From the IMG/VR virus record IMGVR_UViG_3300000510_000016, positions 23,526 through 87,525 of that record: a DNA stretch of 64,000 bases. One strand, 5' to 3'. The notes below the pieces were generated by a model. The model was not told the origin of the DNA. It made no database searches and saw only the letters and a list, made by a program, of their open reading frames with translations. The stretch's first letter is position 1, and each line of letters opens with the position of its first letter. The stretch is from a virus (Duplodnaviria > Caudoviricetes). Made by a program: the position numbers and the translations under genes. This document shows positions 1-9,402 of this stretch, piece after piece.

Positions 1-1514
1 GCTGCATTCACGGAAGGTAATTCTTTAGTTGTAGCGATAAGATTGAAAGCATCTGCTGTAGCATCCACTATATCATCGTGATTTTTAGAACGAGTGCCTG
101 TGAAGGCTTCTAGTTCATGGAAAAACTTATTATTCCAATCACCTTTACTTACAATTACAAGTTCATTTTCAGATACGGATGCGAAAGGTAGAAACCTATC
201 AAGTTTAGATTTATTAGAGCCTACTTTAAAGAATTTAATGGGTGTGCGTTCTTCAGCAAATACTCTTGAGAAGTGGTGTTTCTGAACCTTACCTGCGGAT
301 GCTGGCTCAGTTGGAAGATACCCTAGACAGTTATATCCATACATTTCAATATCTTTTCTAGTCTGCTCAACAAGCATGTGCTCTAACTCACCTGCTCTCC
401 ACCTACCATGAACTACATCTTCTATGATATATCTTCCTGACTTGGTTCTAGCAACAAGAACTCCTGCTGTGTAGTCTGGGTCTGGGTACGCCTCTGATGG
501 AAGTGTTGAGGCTAAATCCCAAGCTCTAACTCGCTTGACAATCTCATCATTCTTAAGGTAGTCTCTGATATTTACTACAGGAGTCCAATCTCTTTTGAAG
601 TAGCCGCTACTTTCCTCTCTTGCAAACCAATTGCCTTTTAGCAACCTTTCCATTTTAATACGTGGAGCAGAGGCTAGCTGTGCAACATAGTTGGGGTTCT
701 TTTTCATCATTAGTGGGTTGTCTAATACTGTAGCTCCAATGAAACAAAAAGATTGAGGTCTACAGGTAGATACACCGTCTTCATCGACTGGGTAGAGGTA
801 TTTATGACTTTCATAAAGTTCTTCGTATGTATCAGACCAACGCATTTCATTACCAACACGTAAGAAGTACCTAGTGTTACCATTACGTTCTGGAATAGGT
901 CTTCCCTCTACTAGCTCGTCACCTTCCATGCTACCAATAGGGTACAGATAATAGTCAGACAACCAATCACAAAGGAAGCTTTCTGGGTCAGGGTTGCACG
1001 TTAGCCATATACAAGGTTCAATACCATCTGATGTAGCACGTAGTCGAGTGATTAGCCACATAATCTCTTCTTCAGACAAATGGGTGGCTTCATCGACCAT
1101 CGCACAAGTTATCTGAATACCCTGTACAGAGTCCATGCCGCTAGAGCCATCTAAACCAATAAAGTTTATCGTAGCGCCACTAGAGAAGTTTATCTGCATA
1201 GGTTGTTTGGTGTAGGTCATTCCACTATCGTATGCTTTAAACATACGAATAGCTTCTTCAAAAGCACCACCACCTTTTTTAAAGTCTGTAGCATTCTTAC
1301 GTACAACATATCCAGAAAATAATGGGTCATCTACATACAGAAGAAACCTCATTAATCCTTGGAAAGTCTTACCACTCATAGCTGCGCCGCCGAAGCAAGT
1401 TATAAATGCTTTTGACTGAATGAACTGCTCTTGCTTTTTAGATGACGGTCTAAACAAAACACCATCTGAAACTTCTTCTTGATGATGTTTTTTGTTCTTA
1501 TTCCTTTTACTCAT
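1..1514 (-). CDS. terL: Terminase large subunit (3' end runs off window)
   Basis: Manually translated open frame from ATG 1514 (absent from ORF track because no stop in window): FGGAAMSGKT Walker A, AMVDEA Walker B, LTCNP coupling motif, RAWDLA and HDDIVDATADAF nuclease motifs. Confidence 0.95.
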   Translation of the reverse strand, partial: MSKRNKNKKHHQEEVSDGVLFRPSSKKQEQFIQSKAFITCFGGAAMSGKTFQGLMRFLLYVDDPLFSGYVVRKNATDFKKGGGAFEEAIRMFKAYDSGMTYTKQPMQINFSSGATINFIGLDGSSGMDSVQGIQITCAMVDEATHLSEEEIMWLITRLRATSDGIEPCIWLTCNPDPESFLCDWLSDYYLYPIGSMEGDELVEGRPIPERNGNTRYFLRVGNEMRWSDTYEELYESHKYLYPVDEDGVSTCRPQSFCFIGATVLDNPLMMKKNPNYVAQLASAPRIKMERLLKGNWFAREESSGYFKRDWTPVVNIRDYLKNDEIVKRVRAWDLASTLPSEAYPDPDYTAGVLVARTKSGRYIIEDVVHGRWRAGELEHMLVEQTRKDIEMYGYNCLGYLPTEPASAGKVQKHHFSRVFAEERTPIKFFKVGSNKSKLDRFLPFASVSENELVIVSKGDWNNKFFHELEAFTGTRSKNHDDIVDATADAFNLIATTKELPSVNA

Positions 1515-1553
1515 TGCTAAGAAATCCTTAATAGAATTAACCTAGCAAAAGCT

Positions 1554-2297
1554 TTACCAAGAGTAATCTTTACTTATCGCTAGGTAAGTTTTCCGTAGTT
1601 TTATATCCTGAACAGCAGTCCTGCTCACATCTAACAGTTTATAGATTGACATAATCGTCTCTTTATTTTGTAGCCGTTCACAAATTTCTAGAACTTGCTC
1701 TTGTGTCAACTTCTTCATTGTAGGTATTCTAGAAAAATCATACTGCTCAGCGATGTGATTGTAATTAGGGTGGGTTGCACTTTTAAACCTTGTAAAAGTT
1801 TTTCTGTTGATTCCCATTAAGACTTGTATATCACAAGCTCGATAACCCTGTTCCATATACTTACAATATTGGTGAGCTTCTTCTTCTGTTATCTTGTACC
1901 TACCAGTAGTGCGAGAACCGAATTTACCATTTTGGGTAATATTCATAGATTGGTCTTCTAAGAATTGTCCTTTTCTGACATTCTCCATAGAGTGCGTATT
2001 ATTCTCAGTGGGTGTGCACCATTCTAGATTATCTACGTGGTTATTATAGATATCACCGTCAATATGATTAACATGGTCTTTGCCAAAAGGTTTCTCTAAG
2101 AAAGCACAAGCCACTAATCTGTGAACCTTAGTAACCTTCACTTTTTTATCGTAATTACTAAGAGAGACTCTAAAGTATTTATCATGGTGTTTTTTATTAC
2201 TGTAATTGGTTAAAAACCTATTACTTGTATGAGACCAAACCTTCCCACAAGATGTTACTGCATATCTCTCAAAACCTAAAAAATCTAAACTTTGCAT
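1554..2297 (-). CDS. Free-standing HNH homing endonuclease (NUMOD4-like N-terminus + HNH)
   Basis: YAVTSCGKVWS N-terminus; VHRLVACAF...DHVNHIDGDIYNNHVDNLEWCT HNH motif. Confidence 0.9.
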   Translation of the reverse strand: MQSLDFLGFERYAVTSCGKVWSHTSNRFLTNYSNKKHHDKYFRVSLSNYDKKVKVTKVHRLVACAFLEKPFGKDHVNHIDGDIYNNHVDNLEWCTPTENNTHSMENVRKGQFLEDQSMNITQNGKFGSRTTGRYKITEEEAHQYCKYMEQGYRACDIQVLMGINRKTFTRFKSATHPNYNHIAEQYDFSRIPTMKKLTQEQVLEICERLQNKETIMSIYKLLDVSRTAVQDIKLRKTYLAISKDYSW

Positions 2298-2374
2298 ACT
2301 TCACTCCTTTATTAATTGAGTGAGTATTATATACCAAGTAGGTTAAACTTACAAAGGCGTGTTGAGTATTTACT

Positions 2375-2719
2375 TCAACTAATAGACATATTCGGGTCAA
2401 ACCTACTTTGCATTATAGCTGAAGGAATCTTACCATCGTTACTATCTCTACTCTCAATCTCTGCTACCTCATGCTGCTTAATCAAGGTAACTAGCTTACG
2501 TTGTTTCATAACCTCTCTCTTTTCTGTCTCTTGAGAGATTTCATTAACAAGTCGCATATACATACCAAGATAATCTTGTGTAGCTTTTAACTTATCTTTA
2601 GGCTTGGTATCTTCGTCTTCACAAATAGCTACCAATGATAAATTCATCTGCTCAATAGCATATTGAACATTATTATTCATCTTAGCTTTCATAGAGCTAA
2701 ATGTTTCTGGAAATGCCAT
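2375..2719 (-). CDS. Putative terminase small subunit
   Basis: 114-aa helical protein upstream of terL, separated only by the HNH gene; positional inference. Confidence 0.45.
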   Translation of the reverse strand: MAFPETFSSMKAKMNNNVQYAIEQMNLSLVAICEDEDTKPKDKLKATQDYLGMYMRLVNEISQETEKREVMKQRKLVTLIKQHEVAEIESRDSNDGKIPSAIMQSRFDPNMSIS

Positions 2720-2721
2720 GT

Positions 2722-2931
2722 CTATTCCTCACAACTAGATTGTCTACCTAAAGTATAAGCTTTCAATATATTGTTTTGTGTTTGCTCAAGATACTTTGTT
2801 CTCTCTACTTCTTTTTGAATTAACACATCGTTGTCAGCTTTAATCTTATTAAGATTGCTATCAACTGTTTCTAAATAAAGTATTGCACAAAGACCTACGC
2901 CTGCTACTAACAACATCTTATCATCAATCAT
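2722..2931 (-). CDS. Membrane-anchored hypothetical protein (possible spanin-like)
   Basis: N-terminal hydrophobic segment followed by coiled-coil-like region; next to RlpA-like gene. Confidence 0.5.
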   Translation of the reverse strand: MIDDKMLLVAGVGLCAILYLETVDSNLNKIKADNDVLIQKEVERTKYLEQTQNNILKAYTLGRQSSCEE

Positions 2932-3348
2932 TTAATGTAACACCTTGATATCTACTTTAACTAATCCCTGTTTGATGTCAGCTATCTTAGCAAAGGCAGC
3001 TTTAGATAAGTCTAGTGTTCTACCGTATTTACTAAATCCACCAGTATCATTAACTTTAACTACAACACTCTTGCCTGTCTCTCTATTGGTAACTCTTAAT
3101 TTAGTTCCAAGTTTATGAGTGTTACTAGCACAAGTCATTTTATTCATATCGAATATTTCACCTGATGCTGTACGCTTTAAGTGGAATCGTTCCCCGTAGA
3201 AAGATGCTGTAGCTGCTTGTGTATTAATTGAAGCTAGTAGGAAAGGAATTGTTAGTGTTGATGTAATTAATCGAATAAGCAAATTAGAACCTATATATTT
3301 AAAATGGAGACACTTCATTCGCTTACATGGTAGAAGTGAGAACTGCAC
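2932..3348 (-). CDS. rlpA: RlpA-like double-psi beta-barrel lytic transglycosylase (true start probably downstream of 3348)
   Basis: ASFYG..F....TASGE.FDMN.MT.A...LGT.LRVTN...GKSVVV.VND.G...RTLDLS.AAF motif set; signal-peptide-like N-terminus. Confidence 0.9.
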   Translation of the reverse strand: MQFSLLPCKRMKCLHFKYIGSNLLIRLITSTLTIPFLLASINTQAATASFYGERFHLKRTASGEIFDMNKMTCASNTHKLGTKLRVTNRETGKSVVVKVNDTGGFSKYGRTLDLSKAAFAKIADIKQGLVKVDIKVLH

Positions 3349-3456
3349 GATTTAATCCCCAACCATACTTCACTGTAAGCTGGGGTAATAAAAGCAACAA
3401 GGCAACTGGGTACTCCCTGTCCGACACTGTATAACAATGCTTAACCTTGTTGTGTC

Positions 3457-3531
3457 TGGGGTATCTGCTGAGGGTCGAACTCAGAATCGGCAAATTATGA
3501 ATTTGTTGCTTTACCTTTAAGCTACAGATAC
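3457..3531 (-). tRNA. tRNA with CAT anticodon (elongator Met or Ile2)
   Basis: GTATCTG/CAGATAC acceptor stem, GCTT/AAGC D-stem, TTCATAA anticodon loop, CTGAG-TTCGACC-CTCAG T-arm, encoded CCA. Confidence 0.9.
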
Positions 3532-3541
3532 TAATATAAAG

Positions 3542-3710
3542 TAGCTTAGTTATACAGCAAGCTAGAATCTGTAGGACACGAGTATGTTAACTCTATAACA
3601 AATTAGTTATGTGCCTTATTATATGTTCCTACTTAGTTATGCAGCAAGTAGGTAATCTGCTGTCTGATAAGGTACATGTTGTAAGTTAACATGCAGCGTC
3701 TTATCAGCTA
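3542..3710. repeat. Cluster of hairpins with conserved AGTTATRCAGC loop
   Basis: TAGCTT-agttatacagc-AAGCTA, CCTACTT-agttatgcagc-AAGTAGG, and CTGATAAG...atgcagc..CTTATCAG. Confidence 0.6.
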
Positions 3711-3726
3711 ATCTTATTTGGCTTAG

Positions 3727-4023
3727 CTACTTACTAATACCAACAATCTCACTCTCTAGCATAGAGATATATTTAACACCATCTACTACTAATGTAGCGC
3801 CTGCATACTTACCGAAGTATACTTTATTACCTTCTGCATATTTACTGTCTTTATGAAACTTCTCTACAATACCATTATAGACAATCTCACCTAGACGAGC
3901 TTTATTATCAGGGTCACTTGTTTCAGTAAGTATAATGCCACCTGCTGATTTATTCTCTACCTCAATCTCTTTAACTAAGATACGCCCATTAGGTGTAATT
4001 ACGTTTAAAGCATTATCACTCAT
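3727..4023 (-). CDS. groES: GroES co-chaperonin
   Basis: PNGRILVKE...KSAGGIIL mobile loop; GNKVYFGKYAGATLVVDGVKYISMLESEIVG. Confidence 0.93.
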   Translation of the reverse strand: MSDNALNVITPNGRILVKEIEVENKSAGGIILTETSDPDNKARLGEIVYNGIVEKFHKDSKYAEGNKVYFGKYAGATLVVDGVKYISMLESEIVGISK

Positions 4024-4029
4024 ATACAA

Positions 4030-4958
4030 GTCCTTTTTAATATGTGTTATATTATATCAATTAATATATTTAGACAATAAAAAAACACCAACACCACATC
4101 TGTAATTGAATACATCAAACATATTATTAATTTTGTATTATATATATTTGAGATGGGTGTTGATGCTAGGAGAAATTGTCTAAGAAATACATAATGTAAA
4201 TACACATTATATACTATTACTCATTGATATTACTTACTGTTTATGTCTTATTGATTTATACACTATATCATTGATATTTGGTTTGTCAATAGATATTATT
4301 ACTATATTTGTATAGTTTGTGTAAAGATACTAATGTATTTATAAAAGACACTGTTGCATAATAGAGGTTATTATATTAATAGTGTTGTTGATGTTATTTA
4401 TGTGTGTTTGTAATACTTTACACACTATCTAGCACGATACATTGGTACGTAGATTCAATAGTTATACCATATTGATATGTTTGTACCTTATTAGTGCTAC
4501 AACCTATTAGAAATCATTTTATAAGGACTTAGCACATAACAACAATGATGTTTATAAAGAAACTATGATTAGTAAAATAGTATTGTTTATTGATAATGAT
4601 TTATATTATTGAAGTATGTATTTGTAAGATTTCTTTAAAGATAACTGATGCACATAAATGATTAAAAGAAAAAAAGATATTTATTATTATTTTATTGTTA
4701 AAGTAATATTGTTTCTTGTCAGTGGTTTTGGTGAGAGTTTTGTCTGGCTGTCTTGTCTGGATATCTGTTAGAATGTCTTATTATTAAGTGCTAATACTAA
4801 TTAATTAATATTTAAAATACTAAGTAATAAAGAATAAACAGGTGGAGAGTTGTATAAGAGCATCTGCCTGTAACCCTTATGCAGCAAAGGTTTAAAACAA
4901 TTTTGTAAATACTATTTTTAGAGATTTAGTAAATATTAATTTATAGTAAAAATAACAC
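4030..4958. other. AT-rich non-coding region, candidate replication origin/control region 1
   Basis: ~930 bp without ORF between divergent arms; shares ordered motifs with 29700-30220. Confidence 0.55.
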
Positions 4959-4986
4959 TTGACAACCTTTATAAATATGTTATACT
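4959..4986 (+). promoter_or_regulatory. sigma70-like promoter
   Basis: TTGACA-16-TATACT with extended -10 TG. Confidence 0.7.
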
Positions 4987-5004
4987 TAAATTTTACAATG
5001 AGAG

Positions 5005-6297
5005 GTGTTTATGACAAAAGTAGTAGAAGTATTAGATGCAATCATGGGTAGCGGTAAGTCTACTGAGATTTTTAAATGGATAGACTCTAACACCGATATG
5101 AGTTTTATTTACGTAAGCCCTAATCTTACTGAAGTAGACGTAGATGGTAGGATTCACAAAGAGGTTAAAAATGTAAAGTTTTATAGCCCTAATAACGATG
5201 ATTCAGAAACTAAAGCTGAAAGTATGAATAAGTTACTTAAGGATAAAAAATCTGTTGCTTGTACTCATAAGCTGTACCTAGCTATGGATAATTACAGTAT
5301 GGACTTAGTTTCTAGAGGGAATTACTGTGTTATATTTGATGAAGAGATTAATGTAATGTCAGAGTTTACAGGATATAGTTTTGAAGATATCCTGTGGTTG
5401 ATGCAAGAGGGATATATTACTCGCAATGAAGATAATGGCTCTGTTGTGTGGGTAAAAGAAGATGATTTATTAGATTCAAACAAACACTGTTATTCTTATT
5501 TTAAGAACTTGTGTGATAAAGGTTCTTTATATATTACTAGGTTTGATAAGGATAGTGATAGTGCTAAGAAGGTAATGATGATTTCTCAAGTGCCTGTTAA
5601 GTTGTTAGAATGTGCTAGTCGTGTTATTGCTATTACTTATATGTTTAAGGGTAGCATGTTAGATTCTTTCCTGAAACTGAAAGGTTTTGAGTCTAAGCCC
5701 TTTACTGATGTACAGGTTACTATGAGAAAACCTAGTTACTATAAGAATCTCATCACTTTAATTCCACCTGATAGTAAGACAAAATCTATGTCACTATCAT
5801 CATCTTGGTGGTTCAATAAAGCTACAGGAGAAGATGTAGTTGCTGTTAAGAATTACATACTTAGAAATGCAAGAAAGTATGCAGGAACACCTGATAATCT
5901 ACTATTCACTTTACCAAAAGATAGAGTTAAAGACCTAAATAAGCATAAGTCAACAAAGACTGTTAATCCTATTGGTTTCGTGTATCATAAGAATGAAGAA
6001 GGAGAAAAGGTTCATAATTGGCTTGCTGCTCAAACTCGTGCAACAAATGATTATGGAGAAAAGAGTACAATGATTCATTGCTACAACAGATTTCCAATAC
6101 ATACTGTAACTTGTTATTTGCAAGACTATAAGCAACCTATGGATAAAGATGTTTTTGCTCTATCAGAGCTGTTGCAGTGGTCTTTCAGAGGTTGTGTGAG
6201 GAATGACAAACCTATGGTATTGTGTTGCGCTAGTCAAAGAATGTATGATTTGATGCAGTCTTGGTTAAACGATGAGTTTATTATTGAGGAAGTATAA
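5005..6297 (+). CDS. SF2 helicase-like / origin-binding-protein-like P-loop ATPase (paralog 1)
   Basis: DAIMGSGKS Walker A, IYVSP motif Ia, IFDEE Walker B, LLQWSFRGCVR motif VI; paralog of 59255-60517. Confidence 0.75.
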   Translation: MFMTKVVEVLDAIMGSGKSTEIFKWIDSNTDMSFIYVSPNLTEVDVDGRIHKEVKNVKFYSPNNDDSETKAESMNKLLKDKKSVACTHKLYLAMDNYSMDLVSRGNYCVIFDEEINVMSEFTGYSFEDILWLMQEGYITRNEDNGSVVWVKEDDLLDSNKHCYSYFKNLCDKGSLYITRFDKDSDSAKKVMMISQVPVKLLECASRVIAITYMFKGSMLDSFLKLKGFESKPFTDVQVTMRKPSYYKNLITLIPPDSKTKSMSLSSSWWFNKATGEDVVAVKNYILRNARKYAGTPDNLLFTLPKDRVKDLNKHKSTKTVNPIGFVYHKNEEGEKVHNWLAAQTRATNDYGEKSTMIHCYNRFPIHTVTCYLQDYKQPMDKDVFALSELLQWSFRGCVRNDKPMVLCCASQRMYDLMQSWLNDEFIIEEV

Positions 6298-6482
6298 TGG
6301 GTAATTTCAGTGGGGATTTAAGTTTTGGACAAGTTTGGATTGACGAATACAATAATGAATTGAAAATAATTAGTGTTAATGATTCGGAAGTAAAGTTAAT
6401 AATGTCTGACGGATTTATTGTGACTAGAGATATTTATTATTTAATGTGTGCATGTGAGTATAAAGGAGAATTTAATGAGTAA
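6297..6482 (+). CDS. Hypothetical protein
   Basis: ORF with RBS (GAGGAAG) in tightly packed operon. Confidence 0.7.
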   Translation: MGNFSGDLSFGQVWIDEYNNELKIISVNDSEVKLIMSDGFIVTRDIYYLMCACEYKGEFNE

Positions 6483-7215
6483 GATTGAATTATACAGTGG
6501 CGATTGTTTGGAGGTTATGGACAAGCTGATTGAGCAAGGAGTGACAGTAGATGCAATTATTACAGACCCTCCTTATGGAACAACAGCTTGTAAGTGGGAC
6601 AGTGTTATTCCGTTTGATGAGATGTGGACAAGGATTAGTAAGTTAATAAAACCTAATGGTGCTATTGTATTATTTGGAAGTGAGCCTTTTAGTAGTGCTT
6701 TGAGAATGAGTAATATTAAAAACTATAAGTATGAACTTATTTGGAAGAAGTCTAAATGCGGTAGCCCATTCACAGCAAAGTATAAACCGTTAACTAAACA
6801 TGAAAATATTTCAATATTTGAAAAGAGTGGTAAAAAAACTACATACAACCCACAAATGGTACAAGGTGAGCCATATAGCAGAACTTCTAAAGTTGGAAAA
6901 AATAATAGTATGGGTTTTGGTGCAAAAGAAGACTTTACTTATGGTTCTAAAGATGGGCTAAGACACCCAGATTGCATATTAGAATTTCAGCAAAAATGGA
7001 GGAGACAAGACCAGATACACCCAACACAAAAACCTGTGGCTCTTATGGAGTACCTAATAAAGACCTATACTAACGAATCTGAAATAGTGTTGGATTTCAC
7101 AATGGGGAGTGGCTCTACAGGAGTAGCTTGCAAAAACCTCAATCGTAAATTCATCGGTATTGAACTAGATGAATCCTACTTCAACATTGCCAAAGAACGG
7201 ATAAATAACACATAA
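6475..7215 (+). CDS. DNA methyltransferase, N6/N4 beta class
   Basis: DPPY catalytic motif precedes HPTQKP and DFTMGSGSTG SAM-binding motif. Confidence 0.95.
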   Translation: MSKIELYSGDCLEVMDKLIEQGVTVDAIITDPPYGTTACKWDSVIPFDEMWTRISKLIKPNGAIVLFGSEPFSSALRMSNIKNYKYELIWKKSKCGSPFTAKYKPLTKHENISIFEKSGKKTTYNPQMVQGEPYSRTSKVGKNNSMGFGAKEDFTYGSKDGLRHPDCILEFQQKWRRQDQIHPTQKPVALMEYLIKTYTNESEIVLDFTMGSGSTGVACKNLNRKFIGIELDESYFNIAKERINNT

Positions 7216-7223
7216 GGGATATT

Positions 7224-7421
7224 ATGAACAAAGTAACAAATAAAAGCCTAGACTACGCTGCAAAAGTACATTATAATAAGCACATAAAGTTAAAACATAC
7301 TAAAGACAGATATATGGAAAACAGGAGTAGTAGGAACTTTGATGAAGTAAAGAGGATGAGTGAAGATTTTGATAGGTTTAATGAAATTTATATGAGTAGA
7401 CTAGAGAGGTTTTATAAATGA
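7224..7421 (+). CDS. Hypothetical protein
   Basis: ORF with RBS in operon. Confidence 0.7.
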   Translation: MNKVTNKSLDYAAKVHYNKHIKLKHTKDRYMENRSSRNFDEVKRMSEDFDRFNEIYMSRLERFYK

Positions 7422-7924
7422 GTAATTTTAATGAAATTAGAGAGAGGGAGCTTACGCTTTCAAAGTCTAGAGTAGTTTTTCAAAGAGGCTCTTTTGATGA
7501 TTATTGTGTTTATGTTATTAGTTCATTAACAAAGGTTGCACCACTAGATTTAGATTACTTTAAATTTATGAAATACATAGCAGATAAGGTTGGCAGTACA
7601 ACAGTATATAATTACTTTGTAGATGTTTACGATAAGACCTCCAAAATAGTTGTTTCAGAGGTTTTAGATTTGATTGTAAAGCAAGCAAAATCTCTGTGCG
7701 TATCAGAAAGAGATGCTATGATTTATGAAGGGTATATGACGGTTATATATTTCGCAATGGTGGCAGAAGAAAATAAAGCCAACACTAAATTAGGAAAAAG
7801 GATTAAAAGGCTGGGTATGTATGAACTAATTATGTTGGAAAAGCCTCCTCATATTGCTGCTAATAGTAGTCGAGGTGTTAGATGGAGAGATTTAGATAAA
7901 AAGATGGTTGAGTACGGATTTTAG
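7418..7924 (+). CDS. Conserved hypothetical protein (resembles bacterial DUF7004-type family)
   Basis: F.RG.FDD.CVY...AEENK....LGKRIKRLG...AAN.S.G..WR.LD..M...GF pattern recalled from memory. Confidence 0.6.
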   Translation: MSNFNEIRERELTLSKSRVVFQRGSFDDYCVYVISSLTKVAPLDLDYFKFMKYIADKVGSTTVYNYFVDVYDKTSKIVVSEVLDLIVKQAKSLCVSERDAMIYEGYMTVIYFAMVAEENKANTKLGKRIKRLGMYELIMLEKPPHIAANSSRGVRWRDLDKKMVEYGF

Positions 7925-7972
7925 TGCTTTTAATGAGGAAGTACATTTGTAATAGAAAACAAAGGAGTTATA

Positions 7973-8203
7973 ATGTTTCTAGAGATAAGAGAGATAGAGA
8001 TTGGTGAGAACTGGTTCAACAGGGACAGTGAGAATGTAGTTGTAGTTGATGATGTGTTTATAGAGAAAGGTATTGTGCGAGTTGAATATTATTATTTAGA
8101 AGGCGATGAGGAGTATCCATATTGTGTAGCAGACCTAGAATACTTTATAAAAGAATATATAAGAATGCCATATAATGTTAATGAGGGACGAGGTTATGAG
8201 TAA
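7973..8203 (+). CDS. Hypothetical protein
   Basis: ORF with AAGGAG RBS. Confidence 0.7.
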   Translation: MFLEIREIEIGENWFNRDSENVVVVDDVFIEKGIVRVEYYYLEGDEEYPYCVADLEYFIKEYIRMPYNVNEGRGYE

Positions 8204-8230
8204 CAAAGTACATTTTAAAGGGGATAGTAT

Positions 8231-8485
8231 ATGAAAAAGGTTTTTACTAAAAGTGAGCTATTGTGTACAGGGTTGCCTGAGTCAGCAGTTAAAAATGTAG
8301 TTTATGACGGCTGTAGTGTTTTCAATATACACGAGATTGTGTTTAATTATGAAGGGAAATATTATAAAACAAATTACAAAAGTAAGAAACAAGGTTTGAT
8401 GTCTCCTTGGCTACACAATAGCACTATCGAGTGTGTAGAGGTTAAGCCAGTAGTTGTAACAACTACAAAATGGGTAGAGGTTTAA
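8231..8485 (+). CDS. Hypothetical protein
   Basis: ORF in operon, flanked by 26-bp imperfect direct repeats. Confidence 0.75.
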   Translation: MKKVFTKSELLCTGLPESAVKNVVYDGCSVFNIHEIVFNYEGKYYKTNYKSKKQGLMSPWLHNSTIECVEVKPVVVTTTKWVEV

Positions 8486-8486
8486 G

Positions 8487-8750
8487 ATGAGTAACAAAGT
8501 TCATTTTGAAGGAGCACCCGATTGGGTTGCTAGTGGAGCTATTGATAAAGATGGGAGTCTTAACTGGTATAACGCTTATGCCTGTCAATTAGTGATTAAT
8601 GAGTGTGGGGGAGAACATGGGATTAATGCTTATGTTGAAGACTTGCCAAATTATCCTGACTGCTTAGATAGATATATGTTTGTAGGTATGGGGCATAACA
8701 CAGATGATTGGCGTGATAGTGCAGTTGACAGAGGATGCGAGGATTTCTAA
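8487..8750 (+). CDS. Hypothetical protein
   Basis: ORF in operon. Confidence 0.7.
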   Translation: MSNKVHFEGAPDWVASGAIDKDGSLNWYNAYACQLVINECGGEHGINAYVEDLPNYPDCLDRYMFVGMGHNTDDWRDSAVDRGCEDF

Positions 8751-9100
8751 TGAATATTTATACAATGATTGGAGTATTAGGATTAATTGTAGTAGTGCTA
8801 ATAATCTGTCTATTCTTATATCCGCTTTGGCTACTACTAATCAGCTTGCTAGATACATTTGTAAACAACAGATTAGTAGAGCTTAATAAGCAGAAAGACC
8901 AACTGTGGTTAGCTGTTGAGGATTTATATGAAGCCACAGATGACTTAAAAGAAAGAACGTGGGATTATGACGATAACAGAAAACAAGTTAGAAAGTTGAC
9001 TAAGGAGTTATCGGAGCTAGAGGAATATGTGCTTAATGGTGATGACGAAGACAGTAAATCAATCTTTGCAAAAGCTGTCATTAATGAGAGTAAATATTGA
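8750..9100 (+). CDS. Membrane-anchored coiled-coil protein
   Basis: N-terminal TM helix then coiled coil. Confidence 0.7.
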   Translation: MNIYTMIGVLGLIVVVLIICLFLYPLWLLLISLLDTFVNNRLVELNKQKDQLWLAVEDLYEATDDLKERTWDYDDNRKQVRKLTKELSELEEYVLNGDDEDSKSIFAKAVINESKY

Positions 9101-9110
9101 TAAATAAACA

Positions 9111-9139
9111 TTGACAACAAATAAGGCTAGTGGGATAAT
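9111..9139 (+). promoter_or_regulatory. sigma70-like promoter
   Basis: TTGACA-17-GATAAT. Confidence 0.7.
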
Positions 9140-9180
9140 GGTGTCAACAAATACTAGCTTTAAATTATTAGGAGAGAGTT

Positions 9181-9402
9181 GTGAATAGTACACTAAGAAA
9201 TGAAAGTGATTTAGGTAATGCCTATACAGAGTGGTTGAAATTTAAAGGGTGGGGTAACGGTAATGAGTATATTAGATTTGGGCAGTTTATATTCAATAAT
9301 TATGATTATGAATACGAAAATAGTTATAATATAAAAAGCGAGATAGATGCTTATAATTTAATCTTAAAAGGTTTGATGGAGGAATATAATGAAAGCAAGT
9401 GA
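9181..9402 (+). CDS. Hypothetical protein
   Basis: GTG start with AGGAG RBS. Confidence 0.7.
   Translation: MNSTLRNESDLGNAYTEWLKFKGWGNGNEYIRFGQFIFNNYDYEYENSYNIKSEIDAYNLILKGLMEEYNESK

Noticed and set aside
1-2297. HNH gene as an intron-encoded endonuclease splitting terL
   Set aside because: TerL reads continuously from ATG 1514 to the window edge; the HNH lies wholly upstream and no intron core was seen around it
3400-3456. Second tRNA next to the tRNA(CAT)
   Set aside because: Only a GACAC/GTGTC hairpin; no T-loop or cloverleaf
5005-7215. Bona fide type III restriction-modification system
   Set aside because: No PD-(D/E)xK nuclease domain is evident in the ATPases and the MTases are short with no large TRD; kept only as a weaker linkage finding
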